From assembly GCA_965113315.1 (NCBI GenBank), contig OZ220365.1: DNA of 64,000 nt. One strand, given 5' to 3'. The notes under the pieces were generated by a model. The model ran no database searches. It was given only the letters and a program-made list of their open reading frames with translations, and was not told the DNA's origin. This document shows positions 46,711 through 59,274 of the stretch, one piece after another. A program made the position numbers and the translations under genes. This stretch comes from Podarcis vaucheri (Eukaryota). Every line of letters starts with the position of its first letter. Position 1 is the first letter of the stretch.

Positions 46711-47745
46711 AAGTGGATAACATGACCCAAGTCCAGTTTAAAGATAAAGAACCATAAGAAAGGAGAGCGGTTGGGGGCTCCTGAAGACAGTGACCAGATC
46801 ACCTATGTTTCTGCTCAGTCTGTTGTCCAGCTATTACCTGGGGAGAGGGTCAGGTTAGCTTCAAGCCTCCCTCACCGTTCTCTTCTTATGGTTATTTTTA
46901 GATGTACTTGGGCCAGACAACTCTTCAGATAGAGGACCCTCTCTCAGTCCTTCAAACAGAAGAGTGCCTTCTGTAAAGATGGTCAGCCTACATTTAATGT
47001 CTTGTTCCTGGTTTGGTCCTGGGTTTGTCTAGAGTAGCAGTGACGTGCTGGGACTGGAAGAGACATGACGGGGAGGCCTATATGGTAACTTCCAGAATTG
47101 TTCAACCATCAGCTATCCTCACATGCAGGTTTCAGGTCTGTGACTGGAGTTTACGCTTGCTTGCCTTTTTTTTTTTTTACAATGGTCTTTTCTTTATCTT
47201 TTTCTTGCTTATATGGCAACTCTTCAAGCTGTCCTTTTTGGTTCTAGCCTGAATCGTTCTCCGGATGTTGTTCTGCATAGTGCTTGCAAATTTGAAATAT
47301 TAATAATATTTGAATGCCTGGCCAAACCCATCTTTAAAAAAATAAAAACGGATGTGTTTATAAAATATTTAGTCACAGTGTTATGTTTAGGAGAACACAC
47401 AGGCAAAGGCTCTGTTGAAATGTAAGCATAGCCTGAGTTATGACCAACTTCAATAGCTACCACACTGCAGTCTCTAATGAGATGAGCAACAATGCCATGA
47501 CTGCTTAAGCTGTTTGGGGGGCATTGTGCACTCTTTGCCTTTTGTTTCCTTTTGTTGCCTTCTCTTGATTTTAGTTTGTACATAAAAAGAGGGAATGTGT
47601 TTCTTTATTTCCAAGACAAAGACCCCCTTGTTCTTGACCCCCCTCCAAATCCTCAGAGCAATCCAGGACTTTATGAACAACAACAAAAATTACCAGTCCT
47701 GCAGAATCACTGAAGCAGTGTGTAAACTCTCTAAATAGGAGAGTA

Positions 47746-47956
47746 GAGCCAGTGTGGTGTAGTGGTTAAAGTGTTGGACTAGGACCTAGGAGACAAGGGT
47801 TCAAATCCCCACTCAGCCATGAAGCTCACTAGGTGACCCTGCGCCAGTCACCCTCTCTCAGCCTAACCTGCACCACAGGGTTGTGGCTGGGATAAAATGG
47901 GAAGGAGAACTAAGTACGCCATCTTGAGCTCCTTGAAGGAAAGATGGGATATAATT
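47746..47956 (+). mobile_element. tRNA-derived (MIR/Squam3-like) SINE
   Basis: A box tggtgtagtgg, B box ggttcaaatcc, core gggtgacc...gtcac. Confidence 0.8.
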
Positions 47957-48977
47957 AAGTATATTAAAACAATCTCCAATCAGTTTCTTCATGAAATGTG
48001 GAGTTCAGAATAGAACAATTGGTGATTTTAATGCTCCCTTTTTACACTTTGCCATTGAAAATGGTTGAATGAAGAAGATGGGAGGTATGGTCTACCAGTT
48101 ATAGTCCTGTAATTCCAAAAAGAGAAATCTGCTACAGGTAGAATAATGGTATTTCCATGATCACCCAAAACAAAAGTGAGGATTTTGTTGTACTGAACAT
48201 TTGCTTCATCTTAGACCCAGAACATGCTAATAATATAGATTCACTATAATGTAATGGCAAGCTTCCAGCAAATAGAAACATACTAGTTATGTATTTTCGA
48301 AGGAATAAAATTTGGATGCCCAAACATGCTTTGTCTTTGATCTCCGTTGGGAGGAGTAGCTGGCTCAGGAACAGTGAAGGCCTCTGTGCTATACTATATA
48401 ATCTTTGTTGATGCTAACAAATCCAACAGCAAAGATTCAGAATGTTAATACACAGCCCAGCACCTTGTTGTGAGAGCTGCCAAGAGAAGAAGAAAGAGTC
48501 CACCCAGCAAGCAGGCCTTAAAACTAACGCACCACCTCTCAGCAATCCTGGGGCAACACCTTTCATCAGATGTCAGTTCTGAAGGGGGAAAGAGTTTGTG
48601 CACCTTGCAGAGGCAAAAGGCTTTTTAAAAAAAAGAACAGTAGGGCCCCTGTAGAATAACCAGCAATGTGTCATTAACAGGCAGTGCCTGTATGCTTGCC
48701 ACACCTCTGGCAACTTGCTTCCTTACTCATAAAACAGAGAGGTATTTGCTTATGAAGAAGGCATGCTGTGTATGCTATACTGCAAAACAATGAAAGTGAA
48801 GTTGGGAACTTCTGGAACATTATCTTAGAAGGATCATGTTACTATATAGGCTGCTGTTCTGCATATATAACAAGGACTCATCTTGAAGACTAGCACCTGT
48901 ATTCTTGGATAAGTTTAATCAGTGACAGTCCATTTCTTCAGATGTATAAACATTACCTGATGGGGATAACTCTTCAT

Positions 48978-49050
48978 GCATCTGATGGATTGGGCTGTAG
49001 CCCACAAATGTTTATGCTGAAATAAATTTGCTAGTATTTAAGGTGTCATA
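48978..49050 (+). mobile_element. Decayed Penelope-type pseudo-LTR with degenerate hammerhead
   Basis: gcat-ctgatgg-a-(t)tgggc tgta gccca(c)-aaat-gttt-atgc: stems I/II retained, core mutated. Confidence 0.5.
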
Positions 49051-49051
49051 A

Positions 49052-49778
49052 TAATGAGGGTGAAAGAGGAGAGCGCAAAATATGGTCTGAAGCTCAACAT
49101 AAAAAAAAACTAAGATCATGGCCACTGGTCCCATCACCTCCTGGCAAATAGAAGAGGAAGAAATGGAGGCAGCGAGAGATTTTACTTTTTGGGTTCCATG
49201 ATCACTGCAGATGGTGACAGCAGTCACGAAACTAAAAGACGCCTGCTTCTTGGGAGAAAAGCAATGACAAACCTAGACAGCATCTTAAAAAGCAGAGACA
49301 TCACCTTGCTGACAAAGGCCCGTATAGTTAAAGCTATGGTTTTCCCAGTAGTGATGTATGGAAGTGAGAGCTGGACCATAAAGAAGGCTGATTGCTGAAG
49401 AACTGATGCTTTTGAATTATGGTGCTGGAGGAGACTCTTGAGAGTCCCATGGACTGCAAGAAAATCAAACCTCTCCATTCTTAAGGAAATCAGCCCTGAG
49501 TGCTCACTGGAAGGACAGATCGTGAAGCTGAGGCTCCAAGACTCTGGCCACCTCATGAGAAGAGAAGACTCCCTGGAAAAGATCCTGATGTTGGGAAAGA
49601 TGGAGGGCACAAGGAGAAGGGGATGACAGAGGACGAGATGGTTGGACAGTGTTCTCGAAGCTACCAGCATGAGTCTGACCAAACTGCGGGAGGCAGTGGA
49701 AGACAGGAGTGCCTGGCGTGCTCTGGTCAATGGGGTCACGAAGAGTCGGACACGACTAAATGACTAAACAACAACAAC
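49052..49778 (+). mobile_element. RTE-BovB 3' fragment
   Basis: RLLLGRKAM...VVMYGSESWT peptide, (CAA)n tail, shares 3' end with 27551-28539. Confidence 0.92.
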
Positions 49779-49837
49779 ACAGAGAAATCTCTATGGAATT
49801 CTGCAGATAGATTCCTCCAGACAACCTGTTACAAGCT

Positions 49838-50360
49838 TTAGAGCATAATATGAGCCTGTTGGATCGGAGCAGTGGCCCATTTCGTCCAGCATCCTGTTGT
49901 CCCTTTGGCCAACTAGCTGCCTATGGGAAGCTAGAAAACAGGACCCAAGTACAACATAGCTCCCTGCATTTGTGATGCCCAACAACTGGTATTTGGAAGC
50001 ATCTCTGACTGTGGAGGCAGAGCATAGCCATCACACTTAGTAGCCACTGGCAACCTTATACTCCGTGAATTTATCTAATCCTTTTTTGAATCCATCCAAG
50101 TTGATGGCCATCACTGCCTCCTGTGAGTTCCATCATTGAATTATGTGCTGCATGCAGAAGTATTTTCTTTTAACCATCTGTTAGCACTCAGCTTCATTGG
50201 AGTTCTAGTCCATGAGTTCTAGTGTTACAAGAGAAGCATAAACAATTTCCTTCATGCCATGCAGGGTTTTATAAATTTTATCTTACTCACATTTCTAAAA
50301 AGTCTTCAATATTGCAACCTTTCCTCATGGGGAGATTCTCCAACCTGTGATCATTTTTTT
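49838..50360 (-). mobile_element. Old CR1-like fragment
   Basis: Degenerate similarity to CR1 3' region; related pieces at 39335-39490 and 62560-62890. Confidence 0.55.
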
Positions 50361-50716
50361 TATCATCCTGATTTATCTGCACAAAGCTTATGCAGAGTTT
50401 AGGCTATGTCTCGTCTTTAAGGAGCGTTCATTCTGATTTTTTTTTTGCAGGGAGGTTCTCTAGCTTGAGCACTCATCCTGAATTCGTTCTGATTTGCTTG
50501 CATGGTAGTTACATGTCTTCTTGTCAATCATCTGTCACTTTTCAGTGCATTCCCCATCATTTTCCTCACTGCAAAAGTCTGTTTTTTTAAATTTAAAAAA
50601 GTGGATCTGTTGCGCTAGAACAACAGAGTGGTTTGAACTGCCTACATTTCCAGTATTTGCTTGAATTGAATTGTTGCAAAATACTGGCAGTCTGGAGGCA
50701 ACTTGCTTCAATCCCA

Positions 50717-50719
<3 letters not shown>

Positions 50720-50764
<45 letters not shown>

Positions 50765-51100
50765 TTATTTATACCCCACCCATCTGGCTGAGTTTCCCCA
50801 GCCACTCTGGGTGGCTTTCAACTGAGTGTTAAAAACAATACAGCATTAAATATTAAAAACTTCCCTAAACAGGCCTGCCTTCAGATGTCTTTTAAAGATA
50901 AGATAGCTGCTTATTTCCTTCACATCTGAAGGGAGGGCGTTCCACAGGGCAGGCACCACTACCGAGAAGGCCCTCTGTCTGGTTCCCTGTAACCTCACTT
51001 CTTGCAATTAGGGAACCACCAGAAGGCCCTCGGCGTTGGATCTCAGTGTCTGGGCCGAACGATGGGGGTGGAGACGCTCCTTCAGGTATACAGGACCAAG
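50720..51100 (-). mobile_element. L2-like LINE 3' fragment with (TAT)n tail
   Basis: Minus strand resembles L2 C-terminus (PVYLKERLHP.R....LRS-like) ending in aaataaat(tat)n. Confidence 0.7.
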
Positions 51101-52854
51101 AAGTCAACCAAGAGTGAAGGAGTATGCTGGATGGCAGTTCAACTGCTCAACCTCATGCTTTCTAGGCATGGGACAACTAGGAAGTGTGGATGAGCCCACA
51201 GCCTAGCATTTTCTTCATAAGCAGATGCCCATGGGAAGCCTACAAGCAGGACATGACCATATAAGAGGAGACTGTAGTCCAAGACTGCAATCCCAAGCAC
51301 ACATACTAGGGAGGATATCCCATTGAATAGAGTGGGCCTTACTTCCAAGAAAACGTATGTTTAATTGCACTGCGAGTGTGCACTTAATACCCACTTTTAT
51401 CGCTAAAATCTGGACACCACTGCTTCATTTCTAACTATTCTTCATAGACTTTTTGCATCTTGTCCTAAATTGCCCACCAAGAACCGGCAGTCTGTTGCAA
51501 CACATGGTCGATTGGAAGACACACATGTTTGTGTAGCCTAGTAGCGAAATAAGCTTTGAAGGAAAAGCAGCCTGGATTAGAGGAGTAGGGGACAGATTTG
51601 CTGTTATGCTGGCAATTTAATATTTGGCATAATTTATTGGAGGATGGATTAGAATCTTTTTACTATTTTCATAAATAACTTGCTAAGCCCAAGATTTGTT
51701 TGCTCCCAAGTCAACAGTCTAACCCAAAGTCTGGAATTTTAAGTCTATTGTATAATAATTCTGTACAGAAATCAATGTAGCTTGTTGACTGAAGGTTTTT
51801 GATTTAGTTCTTTTTATCCAAGTAGGAACTTCAAAACAGAATTGGCTGGGAATGCATTATTTATGATGTGGTGCTGCAGTGGACAAGCTTTATATCCTCT
51901 CGTTTGGTTTCCCAAGTTTATGCAGTTATCTTTATGCTAGCATAGAATGATGTAATTTTAGAGTGGACCATGAGGTCATCTAGTTCAACCCTCTACTCAT
52001 TGTAGGGTGTATGGCAGGGATTGGGAACCTTTTTGGACCAGCAGGCCAGATCTTTATACCCCCACCCCCATGACTGCCACCCCCATAAGGCAAAGGGGCA
52101 GCCACTTCAGGCAGGATCCGCAGCTATGGCAGACTTTGGAATCTCAAATTTCAGCAAGGATAATAGGAAAGATTTGTCGTGCAACAGCATTTCAATATAT
52201 TATTTATATACCCACAATAGTTTTTATTTACTTGTGATACTGTATATTGATAGGACACAGAAGTTTAAAAGAAGCTATTTTGGCCACCCACCTCCCAGCC
52301 ATCTGACAACCTATTGACATCACAAAATTGGCAGATGGGTCATCCCACTGGGGTGGGCAGAGATGTGGCACAAAGCAGGATTGAACTCTCCATGCATTAG
52401 CTGATGCGTGGAATGTTCAGTCCTTGCTTTCTGTAACTGTGTCTCTTCCTCTCTATTTATCTATAGGATGCAGTTATATGTTGAAAGAATTTAATAACAT
52501 TTAAATAAATAAATACTACTATTGCTGCTGCTATTATTTCTGCTGATGATGGTGTGATTGATATGTGAGTTCTGCAATTGTTATTCGTATGAACTTGGTA
52601 CTTGAGACTATATCCCATTCATTAGAAATTTTGTAATTTTTTTTTTTTTACTGCTGTAAGCTGCCTTGGACAGGCATTGCCTAGAAAGGTGATGTAGAAG
52701 TATTTTTTTAAATAAAATACAGCCAGTGAAGGAGAAAAACATTTGCACCAATGGCTGACAGAAAAGGGGAAGAATAAACGGTAGAATTTAAAATCTAGAA
52801 TTCCCTTTGCCTAAGGATATTGTGACCCTTCTCTTTTGTTTGCTATCTTTATAG

Positions 52855-52923
52855 GAACAAACTCAGAAAGTACTTTTGTGGCGCAGAAATGCCTGATGCA
52901 GCGCACTCTGCAGCAGTTAACTG
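52855..52923 (+). CDS. Candidate 69-nt phase 1-1 internal exon
   Basis: TGAC branch-like site, pyrimidine tract, TAG acceptor; open in phase 1 (GTNSESTFVAQKCLMQRTLQQLT); CTG|GTATAG donor is weak. Confidence 0.25.
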
Positions 52924-54590
52924 GTATAGTATATAATCATTTGCTATTTGGAAATTTAATAAAATAACAGTAATTAGAAGGGCTGAGCCGAATTTATTAG
53001 GATCATTTTATGCAGTGTTAAAAAAAGCACTCATGTTTTTCAACAGCTTCATTGGCATTGCTTCCAAAAATGTTTGTTTCATTCTTATTGCCCTTTCTTG
53101 CTATCAGTGACATAATCACATGGCCATATCTGACTATTTTGCATTGTGACATCATCCTGTTTACTATATGGTGATTGGCTGGTGTCATGCATGTGACCAG
53201 TCTCGGAAGCAGAAGGAAGGGATATTCAGAGTTGAGAAACACTGTGTCAAAACAGTGGTGGGAAACAATGGTGCCAAACAGGATACAAAAGATGACTATT
53301 TGCCCAAGCAAATTATTTTAAAAATATCCCCAAGCATTCCCCCTATGATCTACTGCTTGTGGCCTAGAGAATATGGAGAATATTCGGCACAGCCCAACTA
53401 ATTATCTATATCTTATAAAATAAAATATATCAATAGAAACATGCCAAAATAATTTTGAATTACATTCCTAGCTATTATAAAGGGCCCTTGCCTCATCAAG
53501 TTATCTTCTCCATATAGTGTTAATATGATGTGATTTAAGTTTTATAACTTGATGTTCTTCTCAACCTGGAATTCTTCAGAGATACTTTCACTAAACTGCT
53601 CATTTCTTCCACAGTGATTTTGTCTTTTTCATCTTTTGGTGACATTTGTCATTTTAGGTTTATTTGAATTTTGCTGCAATGTATCATTGATGTTCTGTGG
53701 GTTGCTGGAGAAGAGAATTGGGGTGGGTTACTGTTGCATCTATTGGCAACCGCAGTTGCAACAGATTTAAAGAGATACAAAGCGATGCTACTTCCTCTAT
53801 TACCTGTATCCTTTACTCAACAGCAGCAAAGAGTTGAGCTGATAACAGCCTTTGGAAATAGCAATCGAAAACCCACACTTCCACACTTGCATGTGACACT
53901 TAGATAACGCAGGGATGGGGGCACGGCAGATCTTCCATACATTCAATATTCAGGTTAGAAACAGGATGCGATGGAGCTGTGACAATTAAGAGCCAGAAAA
54001 GGAGCTAAACCCATCAGTTCAAAACTTGGGGCAATGCTGATGAAAGAAGCATTGCCCTTACTCTTAGGTCTGATTGGTTGCCTAGCCCTGTGATATCCTT
54101 ATGTGAACTGTATGGTTCTCTATTGATTGGAATCACTGGTCCCAAGAAGCAGACCCGGCTTAATGAGAATGGCACTGAAGCAAAAGCCTATCAGGAAATG
54201 TGGTGTGTGCATGTGTGAGAGCTCAGTGAATACTGTGGCCCCGAAGCATTGCATTCACTCCCATAGTGGAACAAGTGAACATTGGTGCATCCCTAACATG
54301 AATTGCAATCCCAAGAAAGATAGAGGATCTGAAAACTGTTCTGAGCAGTATTTTCGATACCCAGATAGTCCACTTCAAGAAGGGTGATACTGCAGCTCAG
54401 ATCCTTGAGAATTTGGAATTGTCTTATGGATTTGCTAGTAAATGCTCTGACCATGAATGGGTAAGAGACTTATTTAAATTGAAGCTTGTATCCACAGGCA
54501 GGCTGGGGTAGTGGAGTAGGGCAGTGCAAACCCACATTGATTCCTACAACACCCTCCTCAGTGTATTTAATGCTTCTTCTGGTCACAAAT

Positions 54591-54943
54591 GGGACGCGGG
54601 TGGCACTGTGGGTTAAACCACAGAGCCTAGGGCTTGCCGATCAGAAGGTCGGTGGTTCAAATCCCCGTGACGGAGTGAGCTCCCTTTGCTCGGTCCCTGC
54701 TTCTGCCAACCTAGCAGTTCGAAAGCACGTCAAAGTGCAAGTAGATAAATAGGTACTGCTCCGGCGGGAAGGTAAACGGCGTTTCCATGTGCTGCTCTGG
54801 TTCACCAGAAGTAGCTTAGTCATGCTGGCCACATGACCCGGAAGCTGTACGCCGGCTCCCTCAGCCAATAAAGCGAGATGAGCGCCGCAACCCCAGAGTC
54901 GTCCACGACTGGACCTAATGGTCAGGGGTCCCTTTACCTTTAC
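54591..54943 (+). mobile_element. Sauria-type SINE
   Basis: Full length; TSD core ctggtcaca at 54579-54587 and 54944-54952. Confidence 0.92.
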
Positions 54944-55303
54944 CTGGTCACACACACTTGGGTAGCAAGAGCTGCATCTGAAGGTTTTTCTGACTGTTTA
55001 CATTTGACATTTCTCTCTCTTCTAGCTAGGAAGGTACAGCTGTCCCTGCTACTCCTCTGTGCATCAGTGCCTGAATTTTGAGAGTTTGGTTGGGAATGTT
55101 GTGCCTTCTGTGAAGGATTTTAAGAGTCATTTTTGACATGCTCTTTCTGTTGCTTATTTTGGTTTTGATGGCTTTGCTATTGCTCTGCGATGGAAGGGAA
55201 TGCAAATGTAATATTGCACACACACGTACACACACATGCTTGAAGCAACTGATAAATGGTCCGATGTAAATGCATAGAAATGTAAAACTGCTATTTATAG
55301 TTT

Positions 55304-55470
55304 CAGGTAGGTAACCGTGTTGGTCTGACGCAGTCGAAATAAATGGAAAAAAATTAAAAATTGTCCAGTAGCACCTTAGAGACCAACTAAGTTTCTTCTG
55401 GGTATAAACTTTCATGTGCATGCACACTTCTTCAGATCCTTCTTCAGTGTATCTGAAGAAGTGTGCATGC
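55304..55470 (-). mobile_element. Penelope-type hammerhead repeat family 2 (core mutated) with fold-back; duplicated at 56685-56851
   Basis: Family match to 21806; 22-bp inverted repeat; TSD-like tgctatt(t/a)atagt. Confidence 0.7.
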
Positions 55471-55971
55471 TATTAATAGTGTGCAGGAAGGATAGTCCTA
55501 ACAAAAAGGGGGCCTGTTTGTGGTTTAGTGGGTTGGATGTTGAATTTTGGCTTGGAAAGCTTTGAGTCAAACCTCTGCACAACCACATACATGCTGGGTG
55601 GCCCATTTCTGTGTCTCGGGATGACTGGGATGAACAGGGAGAAATTTTAAAGGATTCTCTACATTTAAAGTGCTACGGGAATGGGTATTAATAATAACAG
55701 GCCACATACACTCCACAGAATGTTGTACAATGAGGAGATGCCTTTTATGGATGGCAGAGCACCGCTCTCCTCACTGCTATGGCTTCATCTGCCCACCTGC
55801 ACATCTGTCTCCCATATCGGTCTCTACAACCACAGAAGGTGCTGTATCTCTTCAACGATTTGACTTTACCCCAAAAGATGCACTCTTCCATTGTCTCTTA
55901 AGACAGAGGGTTGCCAGCAATGTTCTCATGAGCAAAGTGTTCATTTTGGAGGGGAATCCCCTTATGTTATA

Positions 55972-56324
55972 GGGACACGGGGGGCGCTGTGGGTTAAACC
56001 ACAGAGCCTAGGACTTGCCGATCAGAAGGTCGGCGGTTCAAATCCCTGCGATGGGGTGAGCTCCCTTTGCTCGGTCCCTGCTTCTGCCAACCTAGCAGTT
56101 CGAAAGCACGTCAAAGTGCAAGTAGATAAATAGGTACTGCTCCGGCGGGAAGGTAAACGGCGTTTCCATGTGCTGCTCTGGTTCACCAGAAGTAGCTTAG
56201 TCATGCTGGCCACATGACCCGGAAGCTGTACGCCGGCTCCCTCAGCCAATAAAGCGAGATGAGCGCCGCAACCCCAGAGTCGTCCACGACTGGACCTAAT
56301 GGTCAGGGGTCCCTTTACCTTTAC
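55972..56324 (+). mobile_element. Chimeric Sauria-type SINE
   Basis: Head differs from copy at 54591 at 9 of first 84 nt, remainder identical; lacks 5' TSD. Confidence 0.88.
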
Positions 56325-58070
56325 CTGGTCACACACACTTGGGTAGCAAGAGCTGCATCTGAAGGTTTTTCTGACTGTTTACATTTGACATTTCTCTCTC
56401 TTCTAGCTAGGAAGGTACAGCTGTCCCTGCTACTCCTCTGTGCATCAGTGCCTGAATTTTGAGAGTTTGGTTGGGAATGTTGTGCCTTCTGTGAAGGATT
56501 TTAAGAGTCATTTTTGACATGCTCTTTCTGTTGCTTATTTTGGTTTTGATGGCTTTGCTATTGCTCTGCGATGGAAGGGAATGCAAATGTAATATTGCAC
56601 ACACACGTACACACACATGCTTGAAGCAACTGATAAATGGTCCGATGTAAATGCATAGAAATGTAAAACTGCTATTTATAGTTTCAGGTAGGTAACCGTG
56701 TTGGTCTGACGCAGTCGAAATAAATGGAAAAAAATTAAAAATTGTCCAGTAGCACCTTAGAGACCAACTAAGTTTCTTCTGGGTATAAACTTTCATGTGC
56801 ATGCACACTTCTTCAGATACTTCTTCAGTGTATCTGAAGAAGTGTGCATGCTATTAATAGTGTGCAGGAAGGATAGTCCTAACAAAAAGGGGGCCTGTTT
56901 GTGGTTTAGTGGGTTGGATGTTGAATTTTGGCTTGGAAAGCTTTGAGTCAAACCTCTGCACAACCACATACATGCTGGGTGGCCCATTTCTGTGTCTCGG
57001 GATGACTGGGATGAACAGGGAGAAATTTTAAAGGATTCTCTACATTTAAAGTGCTACGGGAATGGGTATTAATAATAACAGGCCACATACACTCCACAGA
57101 ATGTTGTACAATGAGGAGATGCCTTTTATGGATGGCAGAGCACCGCTCTCCTCACTGCTATGGCTCAGTCTACATGCCATGATTTATCAGGACCACCTCT
57201 ATTTCAGCCAACTCATTGCTTCTGCACACAGAGTGACTATTATTATAAACAAATGGATCTGCTTGGTAGGTGCACAAGCCAAAGGCACAAATCCCTTCAA
57301 TGAATAAAAAACCAATGATCTCACTGTGTTTATGACATGGTTGTATAATTATTATGAAGGATTAAAAAAAGTAAATAGGCGCTTTGTGATATTGTCCATT
57401 GCAATCCAGTTGCCCTCCCCATTGCTGTAGTGCACACCATCCCGATCTTCTCGTATTTAATTTTCCTCTGCATGTGTATTTATTTTCACAGCCAGTTAGG
57501 GGTCACAGTATGAGTATGAGGTCAAAAGATTCAATCGACCTGTCTCCCCTTTCGTTTCACACTCTTACTTCTGAATCTCACAATGCAGTCTTAATATTGT
57601 GTATTCAGAAGAATGTCTCATGGAGTTTAATGGGGCGTACTTTCTGGTAAGTATGCTTAGGATTGCAGCCCAAACAAACGGCAAAGGTAGAGAAGGGGGC
57701 ATTTGTTTTTGCTTGCATGTGTTTCCTCCATGAGGATATTTTGTGAAGGGTTGAAAGACGTACAGGGTTGAAAGATGGGCGTACTGCAAGAACCAGAGCT
57801 GTTCATGAAATTTTTTCACACCACACACATCACTGAATGAAATGTCTTCACCCTAGTGATTTTGCACAGAGCCATTTTACTTGATTCCAAACGTACATTG
57901 CTGTTTTGCTTGTTGTGTTTAAATTGAGAACAAAGAGGGATCTTATAGACTAATTATGGCAAGGATATGCCTTCATTTGTGCTTTATTATATCTCCTCAC
58001 AAAAACACTTACTGTACCTTTTCTGTGCTTTCTCTAGAAAATAGCATGCTCCAAATGCTATTGTTATTTT

Positions 58071-58088
58071 GTGCACTAGAGGGCAGCA
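58071..58088 (+). promoter_or_regulatory. CTCF-like motif
   Basis: gtgCACTAGAGGGCAGca. Confidence 0.4.
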
Positions 58089-58288
58089 CGGCTTCTGTGT
58101 CTCTGCCTTTGCACTGTTCTCTCTTCTGGACTGAACACCCTTTTGCCTGCGCATCCATTCAGTGGAGTCATGGAAGAATAATATTTAGAAGGCTGGGAAA
58201 AATAAGAAAATGCTGTTTTGTTATGAGCGTACCCTGCACACACAGGCAGAAAGGAAAACAATGTGCTACAAATGAGAGGGAATGTGTA

Positions 58289-58442
58289 GATACAGATAGG
58301 TAGCCGTGTTGGTCTGCCATAGTCAAAATAAAAAAAATTCCTTCCAGTAGCACCTTAAAGACCAACTAAGTTAGTTCTTGGTATGAGCTTTCGTGTGCAT
58401 GCACACTTCTTCAGAGAATGTGTGCATGCACACTTCTTCTTC
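58289..58442 (-). mobile_element. Penelope-type hammerhead repeat family 2
   Basis: Intact core 58385-58414, partial duplicate of stem II/core; 12-bp TSD agggaatgtgta (58277-58288, 58443-58454). Confidence 0.75.
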
Positions 58443-59059
58443 AGGGAATGTGTAATTAGTTTTTCAGGAGCAGGCAGTCACTAGGCTTTCAGCTAATCGG
58501 GGTGGGGTGGAGGAGGAAGCCTAGTCAAGCCAGGATTGTCTGGCATGTTTCTGGGCCAGTTGCCAGAAAAACACGACGGGCTTCCCCCCCTTAGCATGTA
58601 GTTTTGTTTGGGCCGTACAGCATTGGTGAATATAACCAACTAAATAATCCCACAGAAGTTAGTAGCCTGCAAAAAAGTGTTGTATGTTGTTACATACAAG
58701 TCTCAGTTAACAGAAATGTGTTGAATCCAGACCCCAACCTGCAAAAAAAGCCACAGAGCTGCAAATGATGCACTGGGGGCTCTACCTCTAACCCTCCCCC
58801 GGGTACCAGAATTATTTCACTCTTTCAGGAATAATTATTTCAAGAATTGCCAACTCTGGCTTCCTCCCACTCCTTTCTGGTTATGCCCCGATGTAGTTTT
58901 GGGTTGTAAAACAAAAAGCAAAGACGTTGGTGCATAAGAAACCCTCCTCCAATCTACAGTTGGACAAAACCTTTATCATGTCAAGTGTTGCTCTTCATAG
59001 AGCAAGATGTGACACAAAAGTGGGGGTGAAGGGGCCACACACACACACACACACACACA

Positions 59060-59274
59060 CTCTGGTGCCTTGGGTTAAGAACTTAATTCGTTCTGGAGGT
59101 CTGTTTTTAACCTGAAACTGTTCTTAACCTGAGGTACCACTTTAGCTAATGGGGCCTCCTGCTGCCACCATCCGATTTCTGTTCTCATCCTGAAGCAAAG
59201 TTCTTAACCCGAGGTACTATTTCTGGGTTAGCGGAGTCTGTAACCTGAAGCGTCTGTAACCCGAGGTACCACTG
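59060..59274. mobile_element. Tc1/mariner-like MITE family A, left end eroded next to (AC)n
   Basis: Family match; right TIR + TA. Confidence 0.85.

Larger units (their letters stand above)
54591..57165. repeat. Direct duplication 54591-55784 / 55972-57165 with 187-bp unique spacer
   Basis: Constant offset 1381; near-identical from 54675 onward. Confidence 0.95.
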
